Of a stretch of 55,384 bases of DNA, positions 49,559 through 55,384 are shown piece by piece. The DNA is from Methanomassiliicoccales archaeon (GTDB lineage: Archaea; Thermoplasmatota; Thermoplasmata; Methanomassiliicoccales; UBA472). The notes beneath the pieces are model-generated. The model did no database searches, had not been told where the DNA came from, and saw only the letters and a program-made list of their open reading frames with translations. The position numbers were made by a program, and so were the translations under genes. The stretch lies in assembly GCA_041304605.1 (NCBI GenBank), contig JBFYNB010000002.1, positions 1 to 55,384 of the forward strand. The letters run 5' to 3'. Each line of letters begins with the position of its first letter. Positions within the stretch are counted from its first letter, which is position 1.

Positions 49559-52300
49559 ATGGTATTCGAACTGCTGGACCCCCGCATCCGCAAGGTGCTG
49601 GAGGACAAGGACATCAACGAGCCGACCGGGGCTCAGAGCGAGGCGATACCCCCGGTGCTGGCCGGAGAGAACGTGCTCCTGGTGGCCCCGACCGGCATCG
49701 GCAAGACCGAGGCGGCCATGCTGCCCCTTCTCCACCAGCTGATCAACACCCCCGGGAAGGGCGTCCGGCTGCTGTACATCACCCCATTGCGCGCCCTCAA
49801 CCGGGACATGCTCAAGCGCTTGGAGGAGTTCGGGGAAGCTTTGGACCTGAGGGTGGCCGTGAGACACGGGGACACCTCCCAGTCCGAACGCCAAAGACAG
49901 TCCAAGTTCGCTCCTGACATTTTGATCACCACGCCGGAGACGCTGCAGATCATGTTCACCGGCAAGAACCTCCGGGCGCATCTGGCCAACGTCCGCTACG
50001 TGGTGGTGGACGAGATACACGAGCTGGCCAACGACGAAAGGGGAGCGCAGCTGTCCATAGCCCTGGAGCGCGTGGTCGAACTGGCCGGCGAGTTCCAGCG
50101 CGTTGGTCTTTCGGCCACCGTCGGTTCGCATCAGGAAGTGGCGAACTATCTCGGCGGGGTCGGCCGCAAGGTGCGCATCATCCGGGCCAAGGTCACCAAG
50201 GAGATGAGCATAAGCGTGCAGTCCCCGGAGGTCGTGGAGAAGGACAAGGACCTGGCTGGAACGTTGCAGAGCGATCCGCAGCTGATAGCCTGCATGAGAC
50301 GGGCCAAGGACCTCATCGAGAAGCACAACTCCACCCTGCTGTTCGTCAATACCCGGGATACGGCGGAAGCGCTCGCCGCCCGCTATCACATCTGGGACGA
50401 GAACTTCAGCGTGGGAGTCCACCACGGCTCGCTGAGCAAGGAGACCAGGGTGGAGATGGAGGATGATTTCAAGAACGAGCGGCTGAAGGGGCTCATATGC
50501 ACGTCCTCCCTGGAGCTCGGGATAGACATCGGTTCCTCAGATTTCGCCATCCAGTACAACTCCCCGCGCCAGGTCTCCCGTCTGGTGCAGCGCATGGGCC
50601 GGGCCGGGCACAAGATCGGCCGCCGGTCGGAGGGGGCGATAATCGCATCCACGCCGGACGAGATCGCGGAAAGCCTGGTCGTCACCAGGATGGCCATGGC
50701 CGAGATGTTCGAGCCGTTGCTGGTGAGGCAGGACCCCCTGACAGTGCTGGCCAACCAGCTGGTGGCCATGGCCTCCGCCGGGCCGGTGCTCATCGAGAAG
50801 GCTTACGCCATCGTCCGGCGGTCCTACCCGTTCCGGGAGCTGAGCAGGCAGAAGTTCGACACCGTGCTCAAGCAGATCGCGGAGATCGGGCTGGTCTTCA
50901 TCAACGAGAACGAGTACAAGCGCTCCGGGCGCGGCCGGAAGTACTTCTACGACAACATTTCCATGATCCCGGACGAGCGCACCTACCGCATAAGGGATAT
51001 AGGCTCTCGGAAGATCGTAGGCACGTTGGACGAAAGTTTCGTTATCTCCTTCGCGGAACCCTTCGCCACCTTCATCACCCGCGGACGGTCCTGGCGGATC
51101 GTGGAGATGATCGACGACGAACTGCTCGTGGAGCAGGTCAAGGAGATCGGCTCGATCCCGTCGTGGGTGGGCGAGGACATACCGGTACCGTTCGAGGTGG
51201 CGCAGGAGGTGGGCCGCATGCGCCGCAGTTACGACCGCGCGGCGTATCACGGCGACGCCGTCACCTACAAGGCCCTGGACGATTACATCGGCGAGCACAG
51301 GGAAAAGTTCCCCATGCCCACCGACCAGCGCATCACCCTGGAGATCGGCAAGAAGCTGGCCATACTGAACATGTGCTTCGGCAGCAAGGTGAACGAGACG
51401 CTGTCCAAGATGATCTCCGTGCTCCTATCGGCCCGTCTGGGGGAGAGCGTGGCGGTGACCACCGACCCGTACCGGGTCATCATCGACCTGCCTAGGGACA
51501 TCGCACCGTCCACCATCTTGGATACGTTGCGCTCGATAAACGCCTCGGCCGTGGAGAGCCTGATCCGCCTGGTCATGAAGAACTCCAGCCACATGCGCTG
51601 GCGTTTCGTCTTCGTGGCCAAGAAGTTCGGGGCGGTGGAGAGGGATGCCGATTACCGGAACGTCAGCTTCGCCCGTTTGGTCGAAGCGTACGAGAACTCC
51701 CCGCTCATGCAGGAGACCATAGACAAGGTGCTCTGGGAGGACTTTGATGTGCGGCGGACGGTTCAGGTCATCCAGGCCATCGAGTCGGGGGAGATGGAGA
51801 TAACCATCTGCGGCCTCTCGCCCATTGGCCGGGCCGGCCTTTCGCAGTCCAAGGAGCTGATCACGCCGCAGCGTGCCGACCATTCCATACTCATGGCGTT
51901 AAAGAAGCGCTTGGAGGAGGAAAGTATGCACATGTCCTGCCTGAACTGCGGCACGCAGTGGAGGCTGAAGGCCAGAGAGGCCGGGAGGTTCATCGTCTGC
52001 CACAGCTGCGGGGGACAGATGATCGCCGCCCTGAACGGCTACAACCGGGACACCATCCGCCTGATCAAGAAGAAGGACCTCAAGGAAGAGGAGGAGAAGG
52101 AGGTGCGGCGGCTGTTCAAGAACGCCTCCCTGGTGCAGAGCAGCGGGAAGAAGGCCATGATGGCCCTCGCCGGGCGCGGCATAGGTGCGGACACCGCCGC
52201 CCGCATACTGTCCAGCTTCGGGAACAACGAGGACGACCTTCTGCGGGACATCCTGAGCGCCGAGATAAATTACGCTCGAACGAAGCGTTTCTGGGACTAG
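49559..52300 (+). CDS. lhr: Lhr-family (archaeal Lhr2-like) DEXH-box ATP-dependent helicase with C-terminal zinc ribbon
   Basis: APTGIGKTEAAMLP (motif I), VVDEIHEL (II), SATV (III), TSSLELGIDIG (V) and QRMGRAGH (VI). An Lhr-type WH/DEAD-associated region follows, with CLNCG..(17)..CHSCG near the C-terminus. The ATG at 49559 is preferred over the TTG at 49544, which overlaps the ClC stop. Confidence 0.85.
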   Translation: MVFELLDPRIRKVLEDKDINEPTGAQSEAIPPVLAGENVLLVAPTGIGKTEAAMLPLLHQLINTPGKGVRLLYITPLRALNRDMLKRLEEFGEALDLRVAVRHGDTSQSERQRQSKFAPDILITTPETLQIMFTGKNLRAHLANVRYVVVDEIHELANDERGAQLSIALERVVELAGEFQRVGLSATVGSHQEVANYLGGVGRKVRIIRAKVTKEMSISVQSPEVVEKDKDLAGTLQSDPQLIACMRRAKDLIEKHNSTLLFVNTRDTAEALAARYHIWDENFSVGVHHGSLSKETRVEMEDDFKNERLKGLICTSSLELGIDIGSSDFAIQYNSPRQVSRLVQRMGRAGHKIGRRSEGAIIASTPDEIAESLVVTRMAMAEMFEPLLVRQDPLTVLANQLVAMASAGPVLIEKAYAIVRRSYPFRELSRQKFDTVLKQIAEIGLVFINENEYKRSGRGRKYFYDNISMIPDERTYRIRDIGSRKIVGTLDESFVISFAEPFATFITRGRSWRIVEMIDDELLVEQVKEIGSIPSWVGEDIPVPFEVAQEVGRMRRSYDRAAYHGDAVTYKALDDYIGEHREKFPMPTDQRITLEIGKKLAILNMCFGSKVNETLSKMISVLLSARLGESVAVTTDPYRVIIDLPRDIAPSTILDTLRSINASAVESLIRLVMKNSSHMRWRFVFVAKKFGAVERDADYRNVSFARLVEAYENSPLMQETIDKVLWEDFDVRRTVQVIQAIESGEMEITICGLSPIGRAGLSQSKELITPQRADHSILMALKKRLEEESMHMSCLNCGTQWRLKAREAGRFIVCHSCGGQMIAALNGYNRDTIRLIKKKDLKEEEEKEVRRLFKNASLVQSSGKKAMMALAGRGIGADTAARILSSFGNNEDDLLRDILSAEINYARTKRFWD

Positions 52301-52923
52301 CGCGCCCGAACGGGATTGCGCAGCTTCCCGACGCCAGGCACGACCGCTTCCACCACGTCCCCGGGCTGAAGCGGGCCGACGCCGCTGGGCGTCCCGGTGG
52401 CGATCACGTCGCCTGCTTCCAGGGTCATGAACCTGGATATGTAGGAGATCAGCCGCTCCGGCGGGAATATCATCTGGGCGGTGTTGCCCTTCTGCCTCAG
52501 CTCGCCGTTCACCCGCAGCTCCAGGTCCAGGGAATGAAGGTCCGGGACCTGGTCCAAGGCGATCTGCGCGCCTAACGGAGCGAAGGTGTCCATTCCCTTC
52601 GCTAGAGCCCAGGGCAGCCCGGCCTTGCGCGCCGCCGTCTGCACGTCGCGGGCGGTGACATCGTTGAAGGCGGCGACGTGGGAGATATGGGATAGCGCGC
52701 CCTTCTCCGGGATGTCCTTCCCGCCCTTTCCTACGATCAGGGCCAGCTCCACCTCGTGGTGCACCATGCCGATGCCCTCGGGAACGAGTATCGCCTCGCC
52801 GTCCGATATCAAGGAAGTGGACGGTTTGAGGAAGAGCACCGGCTCGGCCGGTTCGTCGGACCGCATCTCCCGGATGTGCTCCCGGTAGTTCTGGCCGACG
52901 CAGACGATCTTGCCGCAGCGCAT
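52297..52923 (-). CDS. Fumarylacetoacetate hydrolase (FAH) family protein
   Basis: Starts MRCGKIVCVGQNYREH. Also has ..EPVLFLKP.., HHEVELA..IG, and ..GDVI.TGTP.GVG.. motifs. The upstream part of track ORF 52297-53049 overlaps the preceding gene. Confidence 0.85.
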   Translation of the reverse strand: MRCGKIVCVGQNYREHIREMRSDEPAEPVLFLKPSTSLISDGEAILVPEGIGMVHHEVELALIVGKGGKDIPEKGALSHISHVAAFNDVTARDVQTAARKAGLPWALAKGMDTFAPLGAQIALDQVPDLHSLDLELRVNGELRQKGNTAQMIFPPERLISYISRFMTLEAGDVIATGTPSGVGPLQPGDVVEAVVPGVGKLRNPVRAR

Positions 52924-52925
52924 GA

Positions 52926-53186
52926 TCAGCACGGATCGTTGGCCTCGGCCACGGTCTCCAGCTTGAATATCGCGCCAGTTCCCTTCAGGGTGAGGTAGAC
53001 GCGGTCCGCCAGATAGATGGCGTCGTCCAGGGTGGCCTTCTTGTCCCACTTGTACACGCCGTCGTAGTTCCCGGTGGTCGGCTCGAACCCCATGTTGTGC
53101 AGGGCGTCGAATATCTCGGATGGCCGGCGCCCGTCGGAGTTGAACATTATGGTGATGTAGGTCAGCATCACCTCAGCCATGGCCAT
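52926..53186 (-). CDS. Small hypothetical protein (86 aa) between rlmE and the FAH gene
   Basis: Same strand, with 15-nt and 2-nt gaps to its neighbours. Composition is protein-like and I recognise no motif. Confidence 0.45.
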   Translation of the reverse strand: MAMAEVMLTYITIMFNSDGRRPSEIFDALHNMGFEPTTGNYDGVYKWDKKATLDDAIYLADRVYLTLKGTGAIFKLETVAEANDPC

Positions 53187-53201
53187 GGCGGAATAAAAAG
53201 C

Positions 53202-53825
53202 TTAGCCGCTCTGGCCCTGCGTGCCTTTCCCGAAGCCCTTGGCGACGACGTATATCTCCGAGCTTGCGGATCGCGAAGCCTCCGGCGAATAGCGCTTCAC
53301 CGTTTCGAAGTGCTTCTGCACCTCGGCGAGCAGGTCCCGGCTCATGTCCCCCTCGAACATCTTGAAGACCAGCTTGCCGTTCCGGGAGAGCGTGGTCAGA
53401 GCGAACGACAGCGCCATCTCGCAAAGCTCGATGGAGCGGGCGTGGTCCATGGAATAGCTGCCGGTGATGTTCGGGGACATGTCCGAGAGGACGACGTCCA
53501 CCTTACCGCCGGTTAGGGCCAGGAGCTCGTCCATAACCTCCTGCTTTCGGATATCGCCCTTTATCGTCTGCACGCCCTCGATGGGCTCGATAGGCTGCAG
53601 GTCCACGCCGATGACCTTGCCCTTGGGACCGACACGCTCCGCCACCACCTGCAGCCAGCCGCCCGGGGCCGCCCCCAGGTCGACCACGGTCATGCCAGGC
53701 TTGAAAAGGTTGAAGCGGTCGTTGAGCTGGATCAGCTTGAAGGAGGCCCGGCTGCGGTAGTCCAGCTGCTTGGCCTTCCTGTAATAGTAGTCGCGCCTGC
53801 GCTCCTGCATCCAGTTCTTGGACAT
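53202..53825 (-). CDS. rlmE: 23S rRNA (uridine-2'-O)-methyltransferase RlmE/FtsJ
   Basis: YYRKAK...YRSRA.FKL.QL...F.L...G..VVDLGAAPGGW.QV, DVVLSDM and KGDIR motifs. Confidence 0.9.
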   Translation of the reverse strand: MSKNWMQERRRDYYYRKAKQLDYRSRASFKLIQLNDRFNLFKPGMTVVDLGAAPGGWLQVVAERVGPKGKVIGVDLQPIEPIEGVQTIKGDIRKQEVMDELLALTGGKVDVVLSDMSPNITGSYSMDHARSIELCEMALSFALTTLSRNGKLVFKMFEGDMSRDLLAEVQKHFETVKRYSPEASRSASSEIYVVAKGFGKGTQGQSG

Positions 53826-53915
53826 GCTAATGCGCTCAATCCCTTGCAGGATAAAAAACCATTGCCCGACCGATGATATTTTATCGGCAGGGGGGATTCA
53901 GCTTTGGGTACGGAC

Positions 53916-54941
53916 ATGCAAGAGAAGGAGTGGACCTATGCCAAGGCCGGAGTGGACATCGACCGGAAATCGCAGGCCATATCAGCCCTGGTAGGCCATC
54001 TCAAGTACCGGCGCTCTGGACGGGGAACCATGATCGACCTTCCCGGCCAGTTCACCGGGCTCATCGACATGGGAGATCACATTCTTACATTGGCTACCGA
54101 CGGGGTCGGCACGAAGCTGCTGGTGGCCGAGGCGCTGAACAAGTGGGACACCGTGGGCATTGACTGCATGGCCATGAACGTCAATGACACCATATGCGTC
54201 GGCGCGGAGCCGATCGCCTTCGTTGATTACATAGCGATCGACGAACCGAACCCGGAGATCACGGACCAGATCGGAAAGGGGCTGAACGCGGCAGCGGAGA
54301 TGGCCAACGTGGACCTGGTAGGCGGGGAGGTCGCCGTCCTACCTGAAATGGTGAAGGGAGTGGACCTTTCCGGCACCGCCCTCGGGCTTCTGGACAAGAA
54401 AAAGATGGTAACAGGCGCGGATATCGAGGAGGGCGACGCCATCATCGGCCTCATCTCATCAGGGGTGCACTCCAACGGAATGACCCTGGCCCGAAAGGTC
54501 CTGTCCTCGGCCGGGATATCGTTGCAGGACGAGGTGGACGGGCTCGAGGGAAGCGTGGGCATGGAGCTGCTCACTCCGACCCACATCTACGTCCGCGATG
54601 TGCTCAAGGTCGTCGACGCGGTCAAGGTCACCGGAATGGTGGACGTGACCGGCGGGGGCCTGAAGAACTTCGTCCGTTTGAAGAAAGGCTTGGAGTACCG
54701 CATCACCGACCCCATCGAACCGCAACCGATATTCCAGGCCATTCAGCGCATAGGCGGCGTTACGGACCACGAGATGTACAAGACCTTCAACATGGGCATG
54801 GGCTACGGCATAGTTCTGAGGCCGGAGGGGGTCGAGGAAGCGCTTTCCATCCTCAAAGGAAAAGCAGAGGTGGTCGGCAAGGTCGTGAAGGGATCTGGCT
54901 GCGGGGTCCCCCGGCTAAAAGTGCACTACGACACCTATTAG
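53916..54941 (+). CDS. purM: Phosphoribosylformylglycinamidine cyclo-ligase (AIR synthase)
   Basis: TYAKAGVDID, ATDGVGTKL and DCMAMNVNDTICVGAEP motifs. The ATG at 53916 is preferred over the TTG at 53904. Confidence 0.9.
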   Translation: MQEKEWTYAKAGVDIDRKSQAISALVGHLKYRRSGRGTMIDLPGQFTGLIDMGDHILTLATDGVGTKLLVAEALNKWDTVGIDCMAMNVNDTICVGAEPIAFVDYIAIDEPNPEITDQIGKGLNAAAEMANVDLVGGEVAVLPEMVKGVDLSGTALGLLDKKKMVTGADIEEGDAIIGLISSGVHSNGMTLARKVLSSAGISLQDEVDGLEGSVGMELLTPTHIYVRDVLKVVDAVKVTGMVDVTGGGLKNFVRLKKGLEYRITDPIEPQPIFQAIQRIGGVTDHEMYKTFNMGMGYGIVLRPEGVEEALSILKGKAEVVGKVVKGSGCGVPRLKVHYDTY

Positions 54942-55384
54942 CGCAGCAGATAGGGAAGCCCCAGCAGCAGCATCGGCAGTCCCAGGAAGGTTATCAGGAA
55001 CAGCGCCCCCGGGGAGCTCTTGGTCTTTACCTTCTGTTTCCTGTAGGGATGCAGGCGGCGATCGTAGGACATGCCCCAGAACAGGGCCGCTGCCAGGCCA
55101 GCGGCCAACGCGCCCTGCAGGGACCAGAGATAGTTGTAAGACAGCAGGAACCCGACCATGAGCACTGCCGCGAGGGCCACGGCGTACGCGGTACGGTTGG
55201 TGCGGGAAGGGTCGATCAGCGCGATGGCCGTCCAGGTCAGCGATGTTAGGGCTATAGCGGCGAACGATATCGCCGGCACCAGTCCGTTGCCGGCCTCCCA
55301 TACCAGGCCGGACACCTCCTCTATCGGGAGCAGCAGCGAGAAGATCTCCGCGGCCGCCAGGTTGACCAAGGATACGGGAATGGA
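54938..55384 (-). CDS. Membrane protein of unknown function, possibly truncated by the window end
   Basis: The hydrophobic ORF has 4 or more TM helices. The track start at 55369 is a non-ATG codon and the frame stays open to the window edge. Its stop overlaps the purM stop (TTAG). Confidence 0.5.
   Translation of the reverse strand, partial: SIPVSLVNLAAAEIFSLLLPIEEVSGLVWEAGNGLVPAISFAAIALTSLTWTAIALIDPSRTNRTAYAVALAAVLMVGFLLSYNYLWSLQGALAAGLAAALFWGMSYDRRLHPYRKQKVKTKSSPGALFLITFLGLPMLLLGLPYLLR

Noticed and set aside
1-55384. Search for mobile elements, prophage, defence systems (restriction-modification, toxin-antitoxin, CBASS-like and similar), CRISPR-cas, and rRNA or tRNA genes.
   Set aside because: None was recognised. 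The AbrB-type gene has no adjacent toxin partner (it is followed by hgcA), and the NYN and EEP nucleases stand alone without typical defence-island neighbours.

Overview
High-GC (about 60%), densely packed, archaeal-looking chromosome segment. Supporting signs are TATA boxes about 27 nt upstream of start codons (leaderless mRNAs), HdrD, an archaeal Lhr-type helicase and standalone RlmE. Gene content suggests a Methanomassiliicoccus-like Thermoplasmatota methanogen; that assignment is inference, not proven. I found no rRNA, tRNA, CRISPR array, transposase, integrase or prophage gene. Main contents: (1) a tandem array of at least three paralogous giant surface proteins (1-8751, minus strand), built from about 22-24 copies of a roughly 45-aa YYD..LKYATN..G.W repeat, FN3 domains and a C-terminal TM anchor. 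(2) An acyl/acetyl-CoA synthetase and two paralogous DOMON plus cytochrome-b561-like membrane proteins. (3) A staygreen (Mg-dechelatase family) homologue. (4) A redox set: hemerythrin-rubredoxin fusion, SagB-type nitroreductase, flavin reductase, PNPOx-like and DUF2148 proteins. (5) The mercury-methylation pair hgcA-hgcB (32176-33467), preceded by a tightly coupled AbrB/SpoVT-type gene carrying two vicinal Cys-Cys pairs and by an inverted-repeat operator candidate. (6) A six-gene Hyf/complex-I-like membrane module (38366-45710, minus strand) whose large subunit has lost all four NiFe-ligating cysteines. This makes it an energy-converting hydrogenase-related (Ehr-type) complex rather than a hydrogenase. 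It sits divergently next to a diiron ferritin-like gene and hdrD. (7) Housekeeping genes (proC, xth, ClC channel, lhr, rlmE, purM). Many long overlapping or antisense ORFs in the track are GC-driven artefacts. The hgc locus with its Cys-rich AbrB partner and the cysteine-less Ehr module next to hdrD are the two loci most worth follow-up.
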